Below, piece by piece: positions 29,888 through 39,624 of a stretch of 64,000 bases of DNA (the stretch's first letter is position 1; each line of letters starts with the position of its first letter). Location: positions 17,494-81,493 of the forward strand of contig MOEI01000006.1 in the NCBI GenBank assembly GCA_001889965.1. The letters run 5' to 3'. Position numbers and translations under genes: made by a program. The notes beneath the pieces were generated by a model. The model had not been told where the DNA came from. It ran no database searches and saw nothing but the letters and a program-made list of their open reading frames with translations. The stretch is from a bacterium CG10_46_32 (GTDB lineage Bacteria; Patescibacteriota; Patescibacteriia; UBA2169).

Positions 29888-31140
29888 GATATTGTACTCG
29901 ATGTTTATATCCAGAAAATCATCCGCTCAATATTACATTTGACGAGCATGGCGTGTGCAGTGGCTGCCACGTGCACGAAGAAAAAGATAAGCTCAACTGG
30001 AAGCAGCGGTCAAAAAAACTGGGTGATATTTTGTACAGTTATACTACAAAATCAGGCAAAAGCTACGATTGCATTATTCCAGTTTCAGGTGCGCGCGATT
30101 CTTATTTTATTGTTCATACCATTAAGAATGTATATAAAAAAAATCCATTGCTTGTCACCTATAATAAACAATACAACACTGCTCTGGGTATCAGGAATTT
30201 GGCCTATTTAAAAACGCTTTTTGGGTGCGACATGCTCACGCTCACCGTAAACCCTGATGCTGTGAAAAAAATCACCAGGCGCACGCTACAAAAAATGGGC
30301 AGCATGTACTGGCATTGCCTGGCCGGCACTACGGCGTATCCTGTGCAGACTGCAGTTCGGTTTAAAATTCCCCTTATTATATGGGGAGCGCATCAGGGGT
30401 GCGATCAGGTTGGCATGTTTTCGCATATGGATGAGGTGGAAATGACGCACAAGTACCGTAAAGACCATGATCTTATGGGATATGAGGCTGAAGATTTGAT
30501 TGGCGGCGGCGTCACCAAAGAAGATGTGCGGCCGTTTGTGTACCCTTCGGATAAAGAAATCGAAAAGGTCGGAGTGCGCGGCATCTATCTTTCCAACTAT
30601 ATCCGCTGGGATTCTAAAAAACAGCACGAAGACATGATAGCGCAGTACGGTTACGAAACAGCCTACCAAGAGAGAACGTTTGATACATATAATGACGTGG
30701 ATTGCTTTAACTATTCCAGTGTGCATGATTATATTAAATTTTTAAAGCACGGTTATGGAAAAGTTACTGATCATGCATCCAGGGAAATCCGTCTCAAGCG
30801 TCTTACGCGCGAGCAGGGGATTGATTTGGTCAAAAAGTATCAGAACCTGAAGCCAAGTAAAAAATCGTTATCCTTGTTTCTGAAATGGGTTGGTATGAAT
30901 AAAAAAGATTTTTATAAATCCATTGACGCATTTCGTTCTTCTGTGGTCTGGGAAAAGTCGGGAATGGCCTGGAAACTCAAGGATTCTATAGTGTGCCATG
31001 CTGGCGACGAAGGTGTTGATTCTGTCCGTCTGAGAAAGAAAGGTCGTTGTGAATTTAAATTGACCAAGCCCAAGAAAACATTAAAAGATGATACATATAC
31101 CCTGCTCGGCCGCGGCTGGGCAGATGATTGGAAACAGTAA
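29884..31140 (+). CDS. Second N-acetyl sugar amidotransferase (WbpG/PseA-like), paralog of 27275-28393
   Basis: CTRC...CSGC zinc ribbon and the PP-loop IIPVSGARDS. Same domain order as the upstream paralog. Confidence 0.65.
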   Translation: MRYCTRCLYPENHPLNITFDEHGVCSGCHVHEEKDKLNWKQRSKKLGDILYSYTTKSGKSYDCIIPVSGARDSYFIVHTIKNVYKKNPLLVTYNKQYNTALGIRNLAYLKTLFGCDMLTLTVNPDAVKKITRRTLQKMGSMYWHCLAGTTAYPVQTAVRFKIPLIIWGAHQGCDQVGMFSHMDEVEMTHKYRKDHDLMGYEAEDLIGGGVTKEDVRPFVYPSDKEIEKVGVRGIYLSNYIRWDSKKQHEDMIAQYGYETAYQERTFDTYNDVDCFNYSSVHDYIKFLKHGYGKVTDHASREIRLKRLTREQGIDLVKKYQNLKPSKKSLSLFLKWVGMNKKDFYKSIDAFRSSVVWEKSGMAWKLKDSIVCHAGDEGVDSVRLRKKGRCEFKLTKPKKTLKDDTYTLLGRGWADDWKQ

Positions 31141-31141
31141 T

Positions 31142-32053
31142 ATGAAAAAGATTCGCACAGCAATAATTGGATTAGGAAACATCGCTCATGGATATGACGA
31201 TATCGCGAGCGTAAAAAAACGGTTAACGTATCCGACACACGTAAGTGTGCTTAAGCAGGACAAGCGGTTTGTGCTTGTTGCGGCAAGCGATGCAAGCGCG
31301 CGCCAGAGAGATATTTTTAAGAAAAAAGTTTCCAAAGAAGTGGTGCTCTATGCTGATTATCGTGCCATGCTTAATAAAGAAAAGATCGATTTGATGGTTG
31401 TTGCAGTGCCGACTGATTTACACCTAAAAGTGTGTTCAGTGGCTCTTGCTGCAGGCATTAAGTATATACTTTGCGAAAAGCCTATGGTGAGCACTGTGGC
31501 TGAAGCTAAAAAGTTATTAGCACTCGTAAAGCGCTATGCTGGGCATATTATGGTTAACTATCAGCGATCATACAGTGCGGATACTCAAAAGTTTATGAGC
31601 GTTGTGGAGAAAAAAAAGCGCGGTCGGCTTGTGTTTGCAACGGTACAGTACTCGGGTGGAATTTTTAACACTGCCACGCACATGATTCATTTAGTGGAAA
31701 AAATGTTTGGCCCTATTCAAAAGATTTGTAGCATTGCTGCTTCTGTTTGCGAACAGCGGGATCCGAATATCAGTTTTACGGCATTTGGCCGCGGGTTTGA
31801 AATAGTATTTAAAGGAATTAATAATTCTGTCGGGCAAATTTTTGAAATTGATATGCAGTTTACCAAAAAGAACATTACGCTGCACGGAGATTTTTTTGCT
31901 CAGACCAGTATGCGGGATGTATACGAGAGTGCATATCAATTTATTACGCGGCGCAAAAAACCGGTTGCGGATATGTTTTCGTCTGTCCATGCGCTCGCGG
32001 TTGCCGAAAAAGCGCTTGCATCCGCAAAGAACGGTAAAACAATAATCATATGA
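31142..32053 (+). CDS. Gfo/Idh/MocA-family NAD(P)-dependent oxidoreductase
   Basis: N-terminal Rossmann IRTAIIGLGNIAHGY and the EKP motif (CEKPMVSTVAEA). I chose the ATG at 31142. Confidence 0.75.
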   Translation: MKKIRTAIIGLGNIAHGYDDIASVKKRLTYPTHVSVLKQDKRFVLVAASDASARQRDIFKKKVSKEVVLYADYRAMLNKEKIDLMVVAVPTDLHLKVCSVALAAGIKYILCEKPMVSTVAEAKKLLALVKRYAGHIMVNYQRSYSADTQKFMSVVEKKKRGRLVFATVQYSGGIFNTATHMIHLVEKMFGPIQKICSIAASVCEQRDPNISFTAFGRGFEIVFKGINNSVGQIFEIDMQFTKKNITLHGDFFAQTSMRDVYESAYQFITRRKKPVADMFSSVHALAVAEKALASAKNGKTIII

Positions 32054-33351
32054 CCACAATGCCTATGCTCGCAATAAAAGGAGGTGCTCCAGTGAGAACC
32101 AAGCTGTTCCCCGGCTATAATACCATTGGCCAAGAAGAAAAAGACGCAGTAAACCGCGTGTTAGATTCAGGTGTGCTTTCGCGCTATGTGGGTGCTGCTG
32201 GCCCGGATTTTAACGGCGGCACAGAAGTCCAGGCACTGGAAAAGGAATGGGCTGCGCATTTTGGGGTCAAGTATGCTATTGCGGTTAATTCTTGCACTAC
32301 GGGCCTCCAGGCGGCTGTGGGTGCATGCGGCATTGAGCCGGGGGACGAAGTGATTGTCTCACCCTACACCATGTCTGCTTCCGCGGTCGCACCGCTGTGG
32401 TATGGGGCGGTGCCCGTATTTGCGGATATTGAGGATGAGTATTTTTGCCTGGATCCGAAATCAGTGGCATCTAAAATCACCGAACGCACTAAGGCCATTA
32501 TTGTGGTTGATTTATTTGGGCAGTCCTATGACCGCGATGCAATAAATGCCATTGCTAAAAAGCATAATGTGCTCGTTATAGAGGATTGCGCGCAAGCGCC
32601 TGGGGCGGCATATAAAGATCAATACGCGGGCACGCTCGGCGATGTTGGCGTGTTTTCACTCAACTATCATAAGCATATCCATGCAGGCGAAGGCGGTATA
32701 GTGGTTACCAATAACGATGCTATTGCGGAGCGAGTGCGATTAATCCGCAACCATGCAGAATCAGTTGTTGCGGGCAAGGGGATTACCGATATTGCTAATA
32801 TGGTGGGCAGTAATTTTCGACTTACGGAGATTCAGGCAGCTATTGCGCGGGTTCAGTTATTATCGTTGCAAAAACTCACAGAGGAGCGCATCCGCAATGC
32901 GGGGTATCTTGCCGAAACATTGGGCGCTCTTCCTGGAATTCGTGCTGCATCGGTTCGCACAGGTGCCACGCATGTCTACTATACCCAGGCATTTTTGTAT
33001 GATGAAGATAAGGTTGGTGTTCCTCGCGACGCATTTATAGCTGCAGTGAAAGCAGAGCTTCCTGCGTGCGAGCTTCGGGAGCACGAGGGAGCTCTTATCA
33101 GTACTGGGTATGTAAAGCCTTTGTATATGTTGCCCTTATTTCAAAAAAAGATCGCTATTGGAAAGGCTGGGTATCCATTTAGTGGTTCGGAGAATTATCA
33201 AAAGGGCCTATGTCCGATTGCTGAGCGCATGCACGAAAAAGAATTAATCATTCACGAATTGATGCGGCCTGGCATGCACAAGGGAGATATGGATGATGTG
33301 GTTGCGGCATTTAAGAAAGTGTATGACCACCGAAAGGAGCTGGAGTCATGA
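32050..33351 (+). CDS. DegT/DnrJ/EryC1-family PLP-dependent sugar aminotransferase
   Basis: 433 aa. The fold pattern and the NYHKHIHAGEGG Lys region are typical of the family. Confidence 0.7.
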   Translation: MTTMPMLAIKGGAPVRTKLFPGYNTIGQEEKDAVNRVLDSGVLSRYVGAAGPDFNGGTEVQALEKEWAAHFGVKYAIAVNSCTTGLQAAVGACGIEPGDEVIVSPYTMSASAVAPLWYGAVPVFADIEDEYFCLDPKSVASKITERTKAIIVVDLFGQSYDRDAINAIAKKHNVLVIEDCAQAPGAAYKDQYAGTLGDVGVFSLNYHKHIHAGEGGIVVTNNDAIAERVRLIRNHAESVVAGKGITDIANMVGSNFRLTEIQAAIARVQLLSLQKLTEERIRNAGYLAETLGALPGIRAASVRTGATHVYYTQAFLYDEDKVGVPRDAFIAAVKAELPACELREHEGALISTGYVKPLYMLPLFQKKIAIGKAGYPFSGSENYQKGLCPIAERMHEKELIIHELMRPGMHKGDMDDVVAAFKKVYDHRKELES

Positions 33352-34265
33352 AAAAGTTACTAGTAATATGCCATGATGCCGGCGGGTCGGAGATTGTATC
33401 AGCTTTTATTAAAAAGAATATTTCGCGGTACCATGTTACGTGTTTTGTCGCAGGCCCTGGCGTAAAGATTTTTAAAGGTAAAGGACTTGGCAGGCATCTG
33501 GTGAGTAAGCAAAAAGCATGGATGGCGCTGCGTTCGACGGATATGGTGCTCACTGGCACCAGCTGGGGGTCAGACATTGAGCTTGAGTTTATTTGCGAAG
33601 CAAAAAAACATGGCATTAAAACGGCAAGCTACTTAGACCATTGGGTTAATTATCGAGAACGGTTTGGGTATCCTTCCAAGCAATGGCAACGTAATCTTCC
33701 GGATGAAATATGGACTGGAGATACCTATGCCTCCCGATTGGCTAAAATATTTTTCCCAAAAACACTGCATCGGTTCGTCATAAACCAATATTTTCAAGAA
33801 GTAAAGCGAGCATACAAGCACGGCGTGCGCCGCCAAAAACAGGGAGCGCACATACTGTTTTTAAGCCAGCCTATGTCTTTGGCAAATACAGCACTTAAGA
33901 AACAGCGTTCCGCGTTTGATGAGTATAGTGTTTTAGAAGAGTTATTTCGCGTATTAGAAGGATGCCGCATTCAAAGTAGTGTTATTATTCGGTACCACCC
34001 ATCGGAAAAGCAAGACAAATATAAAACATTGCTTACCCGTTACGGCAGTGTGCTCCAATTTAAAAAACAAAATAAGAGTTTGATGCAAGATTTTCGTGAA
34101 GCGCGCGTCGTGGTTGGTATGACAACTATGGGATTAGTGCTTGCTGTGTTGTGCGGAAAGCAGGCAATCAGTTTTATGCCCCATACTAAAGCACTGTGCC
34201 CAATTCCATTTAAAGAAATTTTAAAGATTCATAGCAGTAAAAAACTACATAACGCACTATGTTAA
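33348..34265 (+). CDS. GT-B-like hypothetical protein; candidate PseG-type UDP-sugar hydrolase / surface carbohydrate biosynthesis protein
   Basis: Two Rossmann-like halves. Its position between the aminotransferase and NeuA/NeuB in a Pse-like gene order fits. No firm motif. Confidence 0.3.
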   Translation: MKKLLVICHDAGGSEIVSAFIKKNISRYHVTCFVAGPGVKIFKGKGLGRHLVSKQKAWMALRSTDMVLTGTSWGSDIELEFICEAKKHGIKTASYLDHWVNYRERFGYPSKQWQRNLPDEIWTGDTYASRLAKIFFPKTLHRFVINQYFQEVKRAYKHGVRRQKQGAHILFLSQPMSLANTALKKQRSAFDEYSVLEELFRVLEGCRIQSSVIIRYHPSEKQDKYKTLLTRYGSVLQFKKQNKSLMQDFREARVVVGMTTMGLVLAVLCGKQAISFMPHTKALCPIPFKEILKIHSSKKLHNALC

Positions 34266-34954
34266 AAACTGGAGAACAGGTATTGGCTATTATTATCGCA
34301 CGCGGAGGCTCTAAATCCATTCCGCGGAAGAACGTGTTGTCATTGCATGGCAAGCCGCTGGTTGCGTGGCCTATTGATTTAGCAACATCGGTTGATCGTG
34401 TTGATCGTATTGTCGTTTCTACAGATGATGATGAAATTATGGATATTGCCAAGCAATATGGTGCAGAGGTTCCATTTAAGCGTCCTGCAAAACTCGCACA
34501 AGATGAAACAGAAACATTGCCGGTAGTGCAGCATTGCTTGAGTTATTTTTTTGAAAAAGAGCACTATAGGCCAGGCATTGTACTCCTTTTATATCCAACG
34601 GCTCCGTTTCTTAAAAAAGCGCGCATAGAGAAGGCTTTAGACTTATTTGAACAGAAGCAGTGTAATAGTGTCATGAGTATCGTTGAGGATTGGGGAAGGT
34701 TTTGGAGGCTAGATGAATTCTCTGGACGGTATGTTCCACTACATCCAGAGAAACGGGTTAATAGGCAGTATTATACACCCCTTTACCGTGAAGATGGCGC
34801 AGTGTATTTTAATCGATATGATGTTATTATGAAGAAAGGTGCTATTATCGATGAGGCGAATGTTGAGTTTTTGGTAATGGAAGAAGGAGAAAATATTGAT
34901 ATTGATGAGCCTCAAGATTTTAAGCAAGCTGAGCGTAAAAAAATTTCCTCATAG
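34259..34954 (+). CDS. Acylneuraminate (nonulosonate) cytidylyltransferase (NeuA/PseF/LegF family)
   Basis: IIIARGGSKSIPRKN motif of CMP-NeuAc synthetases. Length is 231 aa. Confidence 0.8.
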   Translation: MLKTGEQVLAIIIARGGSKSIPRKNVLSLHGKPLVAWPIDLATSVDRVDRIVVSTDDDEIMDIAKQYGAEVPFKRPAKLAQDETETLPVVQHCLSYFFEKEHYRPGIVLLLYPTAPFLKKARIEKALDLFEQKQCNSVMSIVEDWGRFWRLDEFSGRYVPLHPEKRVNRQYYTPLYREDGAVYFNRYDVIMKKGAIIDEANVEFLVMEEGENIDIDEPQDFKQAERKKISS

Positions 34955-34955
34955 T

Positions 34956-36014
34956 ATGAAATATATTACCATTAGAACTCCAAAAGCAGTGCGAAAAATC
35001 GGTCCACACGAACCTGTATTTATTATTGCTGAGCTTTCTGGAAATCATAACCAATCTTACGCCAAGGCTGAAAAATTAATTGATGCAGCGGCCAAGGCGG
35101 GTGTTGATGCCATAAAATTACAAACATACACAGCAGATACGTTAACTATTGATTCGGATAAAAAATATTTTTGCATCACTTCTGGTAAATGGAAAGGGCA
35201 GACGCTTTATCAGTTATATCAAAAGGCATACACCCCATGGGAGTGGCAGCCAAGACTCAAAAAGTATGCAGAAAAAAAGGGTTTGGTTTTATTCTCGACT
35301 CCTTTTGATGTGAGTGCAGTTGATTTTTTGGAAAAAATGCGCGTGTCACTTTATAAAGTTTCGTCGTTTGAGATTGGGGATATTCCATTGCTTAAAAGAA
35401 TCGGAACAACAAAAAAACCTGTTATTATTTCTCGTGGTATGGCTTCGGTTTCAGAAATTACGCTTGCTGTTAAAGCGCTTAAGGCGAGCGGCGCACCTCA
35501 GGTGGCGGTGCTGCACTGCATAAGTTCGTACCCAGCAGAACCAGAAGAAATGAACCTTGCAACCATTCCGGATATTACAAAAAAATTCAATGTTATTTCG
35601 GGGCTTTCAGATCATACGATTGGAACGAGCAGCGCGATTGCAGGTGTTGCTTTAGGTGCATCAATTATCGAAAAGCATATTACTCTCAAGCGGTCTGATG
35701 GAGGTCCTGATGCAGCATTTTCTCTTGAACCTCAAGAGTACACAGAATTAGTTGCCGCAATTCGGGATACGGAAAAAGCCATAGGATTACCATCGTACCA
35801 AATCGGAAAAAAAGAATCTCAAAATTTCGCATTTAGAAAATCAATATTTGTAATTAAAGATATCCCAAAAGGTTCTTTGTTTACTAAAGAAAATATAAAA
35901 ATAATTCGCCCGGGCCAGGGATTGCCTCCAAAGTATTGGGAGCGTATTTTAGGAAAGCAATCCAAGAGGAGTATAAATCGAGGCACTCCGCTTAATAGGC
36001 GCGATGTGGGATAG
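34956..36014 (+). CDS. N-acetylneuraminate synthase family (NeuB/PseI/LegI)
   Basis: PVFIIAELSGNHNQS...AGVDAIKLQTY...LSDHT motifs and a C-terminal SAF domain. ATG at 34956. Confidence 0.85.
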   Translation: MKYITIRTPKAVRKIGPHEPVFIIAELSGNHNQSYAKAEKLIDAAAKAGVDAIKLQTYTADTLTIDSDKKYFCITSGKWKGQTLYQLYQKAYTPWEWQPRLKKYAEKKGLVLFSTPFDVSAVDFLEKMRVSLYKVSSFEIGDIPLLKRIGTTKKPVIISRGMASVSEITLAVKALKASGAPQVAVLHCISSYPAEPEEMNLATIPDITKKFNVISGLSDHTIGTSSAIAGVALGASIIEKHITLKRSDGGPDAAFSLEPQEYTELVAAIRDTEKAIGLPSYQIGKKESQNFAFRKSIFVIKDIPKGSLFTKENIKIIRPGQGLPPKYWERILGKQSKRSINRGTPLNRRDVG

Positions 36015-36487
36015 TGCGCATGCAATATACTCAGCAACACAGTACCATTCGTCCTATAATGCCAGAAGACGCTAAGCGTGTATGGGAAATTCGCAATCAC
36101 CCATCTGCTCGCTCGCATTCGGGAAATCCGGAGGCTATTTCTTATCAGCAGCATGCATCTTGGTTTGCAAATAAGTATTTTAGCGGCCTGGACAATACAG
36201 CGTTTGTGCTCGTCGTTGATGCGGGGCAGGTTGTTGGATATTGTCGGTTTGATTGCAATAAAGAACAGGGCGGTTATATTGTTTCTATTGCTATCGATTC
36301 TGATTTTCAGGGCAAAGGCTTTGGGCATGCATTATTGCGTGGCGCGTTGGATCAATATGCGCAGGGAAAAGTGATTTTTGCAGAAATTCAGAAAGATAAC
36401 ATTGCTTCTGTTCATTTGTTTAAAAAAAATGGATTTTCTATAGAAAGTGAAGATGAAAAAAAATATTATCTTTTGTTGAGAATGTAG
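36014..36487 (+). CDS. GNAT N-acetyltransferase, PseH-like
   Basis: VWEIRNHPSARSHS (PseH-like) and the GNAT motif A QGKGFGHALL. Length is 157 aa. Confidence 0.6.
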   Translation: MRMQYTQQHSTIRPIMPEDAKRVWEIRNHPSARSHSGNPEAISYQQHASWFANKYFSGLDNTAFVLVVDAGQVVGYCRFDCNKEQGGYIVSIAIDSDFQGKGFGHALLRGALDQYAQGKVIFAEIQKDNIASVHLFKKNGFSIESEDEKKYYLLLRM

Positions 36488-36488
36488 T

Positions 36489-37901
36489 ATGTCTAAAGCG
36501 CAAAAAACAATCTTCATCGTCGTGACCCGCGGGTTTATTATCCGAAACATTCTGCGGTCTGGCACTCTTGCATTGCTTAAAAAAGCTGGTTGGCGCGTGG
36601 TGATATTTTTTGATGTCGCAGAAGTTCCTGCGCACTTGCGCCGTGAGTTTGAGGACGAGCAGGTGAGTGTGCACGGGATGCGCGTATCTGTTGCCCGGCC
36701 GCACCGATTATTTTTACGGCTGAGAAAGTATCTTCTCTCAACAAGCTCAACCAAGATTTTGGTGGATTTCCGACAAGGGAGCAAGGATAGACAAAAGTTC
36801 CGCGAAGGATTTTTACCTAAAAAATCTTCGCTTGCAAGCCAGACGCAAAAGCTAAGCATGTCTGTATTGAGCACCATCCCTTTACTTAAGCCTATATACC
36901 GATGGATTGAATATCATATGTTTTCCGAAAAAAATCCCGTGATCCAGCGTTATTTTGACGAATACCAGCCGAACGAAGTGTTTGGCACTTCGGTTGTTTC
37001 TTCTTTGGATATTGCCTTTATGAAAGAGGCTCGCCGCAGAAACATAGTTACCATCGCGATGCCAAAAACCTGGGATAATATTATGAACGGTTATTTCCGT
37101 TTTACCCCGGATTATTTTTTGGTGCATAACGAAATGGCACGTGGCTTAACAGCGCAGTATCAGCATATGCCAAAAGAAAAGATGTTTGTGGTTGGTATGC
37201 CGCAGTTTGACTGGTACCGCAAGGAGGGCGTTCTTAATTCGCGTGCGGAACATTGGAAGAGCAAGGGTCTAGATCCGAATCAAGCGGTCATCTTTTTTGG
37301 TTCAGCGGGTATTTGGGCGGCGCATGACCACGCTATTCCGGAATTAATTTACGGATGGATAGAGCACGGTGAGCTCGCAAAACCGTGCCAGTTATTTTTG
37401 CGTCCGCATTTTAGTAATGTACATGATGACATGTTTAAAAATCTTCGAGGCAAAAAAGGGATTGCTATTGATGATTATAAGATGGTGAATACGTTTAGTG
37501 ATAATTGGGATCCTACAGTTCAGGATACGATTGATTTTACTAATTCCGTTGTATATTGTGATATTATGATAAATATCGGTTCAACGCTTTCTCTGGACGC
37601 ATCCTGCGTTGATCGGCCCATATTAAATCCCGCATTCGGGTGCTCGTTTCAAGGGGGGGAAGATGTGACCTATCCGTACCAGTATGGGGCGGACCACTAT
37701 CAGTGGGTGCTTTCTGAGAACGCAACTAAGCTCTCTTTTAACCCAAAAGAGCTTAAGCAGCAACTGAATGAATATCTTGTGCATCCGGAAGAAGAACAAG
37801 AAGAACGAAAAAATCTTATTAACAAGCTTTGTTATCGCGTAGACGGGCTTGCATCACAGAGGATTGTTGATGCCATTAACAGCAGTGTACGTACTGCGTA
37901 A
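36489..37901 (+). CDS. GT-B-fold transferase with HP-like motif (TagF/CDP-glycerol glycerophosphotransferase-like or sialyl/CMP-sugar transferase-like); paralog of 47997-49400
   Basis: CQLFLRPHFSNVHDD and VGMPQFDWY are shared with the paralog. Length is 470 aa. Confidence 0.4.
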   Translation: MSKAQKTIFIVVTRGFIIRNILRSGTLALLKKAGWRVVIFFDVAEVPAHLRREFEDEQVSVHGMRVSVARPHRLFLRLRKYLLSTSSTKILVDFRQGSKDRQKFREGFLPKKSSLASQTQKLSMSVLSTIPLLKPIYRWIEYHMFSEKNPVIQRYFDEYQPNEVFGTSVVSSLDIAFMKEARRRNIVTIAMPKTWDNIMNGYFRFTPDYFLVHNEMARGLTAQYQHMPKEKMFVVGMPQFDWYRKEGVLNSRAEHWKSKGLDPNQAVIFFGSAGIWAAHDHAIPELIYGWIEHGELAKPCQLFLRPHFSNVHDDMFKNLRGKKGIAIDDYKMVNTFSDNWDPTVQDTIDFTNSVVYCDIMINIGSTLSLDASCVDRPILNPAFGCSFQGGEDVTYPYQYGADHYQWVLSENATKLSFNPKELKQQLNEYLVHPEEEQEERKNLINKLCYRVDGLASQRIVDAINSSVRTA

Positions 37902-38589
37902 TCATATATATAAGAAGAAAAATATTATAGCTATTATTCCGGCGCGGGGTGGATCCAAAACTATCCCCAATAAAAACCTGGCCCCACTCGGCGGCAAGCC
38001 ATTGATGAGTTACAGTATTGCGCAAGCGCAGCAGTCTCGTTATGTGGATATGATTGTTGTGTCGAGTGACAGCGAAGCTATTCTTGCGGAGGCAAAACAG
38101 CTCGGCGCAGAGGCTATTCGCAGGCCTAAGCAGATGAGTGGCGACACTTCCAAAATGGATCTTGCATTAAGGCATGCGTTGCTGCAGCTCGATTCCATTA
38201 AAGGCTATGTGCCGGATTATATTGTGCTTCTGCAACCCACGAGCCCGTTGCGGAGTGTGGCTACTATTGATCGCGCTATTGTCGCTTTTGTGGATAATGC
38301 AAAAAAATTCGATTCGCTTATTGGTTTGTGCGCAATAGAGTCCAAGATCGGGCACATTAAAAATGGCCGCTATATAGCACTCAATAAGATGAATATGCAG
38401 CGTCAGCAACTTAAGCATATGTACCAGGAGTGCGGCACTATTTTTGTGTTTAAGCCGAGTCGAATTTTAAAGAAGCAATCACTCTATGGCGCGCGCGTAA
38501 TGCCATTTATTGTTGAAAAGAGGCACGAAGCTTTAGATATTAATGACAGCCATGATATGAATATGGCGAATTATTTTTTAACCATATGA
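37849..38589 (+). CDS. Second acylneuraminate cytidylyltransferase (NeuA/LegF-like)
   Basis: IIAIIPARGGSKTIPNKN motif. The exact start is uncertain because the ORF's N-terminus overlaps the upstream gene by about 50 nt, and a later or non-ATG start is possible. Confidence 0.75.
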   Translation: MHHRGLLMPLTAVYVLRNHIYKKKNIIAIIPARGGSKTIPNKNLAPLGGKPLMSYSIAQAQQSRYVDMIVVSSDSEAILAEAKQLGAEAIRRPKQMSGDTSKMDLALRHALLQLDSIKGYVPDYIVLLQPTSPLRSVATIDRAIVAFVDNAKKFDSLIGLCAIESKIGHIKNGRYIALNKMNMQRQQLKHMYQECGTIFVFKPSRILKKQSLYGARVMPFIVEKRHEALDINDSHDMNMANYFLTI

Positions 38590-39620
38590 ATGAAATCAAT
38601 ATAGGTAGTAGAAAAATAGGGCCGCGCCATGCGCCGTTCGTTATTGCGGAGATCGGCATTAACCATGAGGGAAGCATGGCAAAAGCAAAGCGCATGATTC
38701 GCGATGCCGCAAAGGCGGGGGCGGAGTGCGTTAAATTCCAAGCGCACGTGATAAGTGATGAAATGGTTCCTGTCGCAAAAAAAGTCATCCCAGGAAATGC
38801 CAAGGAGTCCATTTGGGACATTATGTCGCGGTGCGCGTTTTCCGAAAAGCAAGATCATGAGCTTAAGGCATACACCGAAAAATTAGGCATGCTGTATCTT
38901 TCTACGCCGTTTTCGCGCGCAGGCGCAGATCAACTCCATAAGATGCAAGTGAAAGCCTATAAAATTGGTTCCGGTGAATGCAACAACTATCCGCTTATCG
39001 AACATATTGCACGGTTTAAAAAACCAGTCATCCTTTCCACAGGTATGAATGATATTGCAAGCGTAAAAAAGAGCGTGGCAATTTTACGCACACACAGTGT
39101 TCCGTTTGCACTTTTACATTGCACAAGTATGTACCCAACGCCGTACGACAAAGTGCGTCTTGGTGCGCTTGCGGATTTAGCGAAAGCGTTTCCAGATGCG
39201 GTTGTTGGACTTTCGGATCATTCGTTTGGTAACTATACGTCATTTGGCGCCATTCCTCTTGGCGCATCAATTTTAGAAAAACATTTTACGTCGTATAAAG
39301 AGTGGCCTGGCCCGGATGTGTCTATTTCTATTGATCCGGCAGAGCTTAAAGAATTAATACAGGGCTCTCGAGCTATTCATGCGGCTTTGGGCGGCAAAAA
39401 AGATATTCTAAAAGAGGAGCAGCCTACTATTAATTTTGCCTATGCATGCGTGGTAACAACCAAGCCCATTGCCAAAGGTGAAAAGTTTACTCAGGACAAC
39501 CTCTGGGTAAAGCGTCCGGGTACCGGGGAAATTAAGGCAATTGAGTATAAAAAAATTATTGGGAAAAAAGCAAAACGAGGTATTAAAGCCGATATGCAAC
39601 TTAAACGGAAGGATATATAG
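38586..39620 (+). CDS. Second N-acetylneuraminate synthase family protein (NeuB/LegI-like)
   Basis: PFVIAEIGINHEGS...AGAECVKFQAH...LSDHS and a C-terminal SAF domain. Confidence 0.85.
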   Translation: MNEINIGSRKIGPRHAPFVIAEIGINHEGSMAKAKRMIRDAAKAGAECVKFQAHVISDEMVPVAKKVIPGNAKESIWDIMSRCAFSEKQDHELKAYTEKLGMLYLSTPFSRAGADQLHKMQVKAYKIGSGECNNYPLIEHIARFKKPVILSTGMNDIASVKKSVAILRTHSVPFALLHCTSMYPTPYDKVRLGALADLAKAFPDAVVGLSDHSFGNYTSFGAIPLGASILEKHFTSYKEWPGPDVSISIDPAELKELIQGSRAIHAALGGKKDILKEEQPTINFAYACVVTTKPIAKGEKFTQDNLWVKRPGTGEIKAIEYKKIIGKKAKRGIKADMQLKRKDI

Positions 39621-39624
39621 TACT

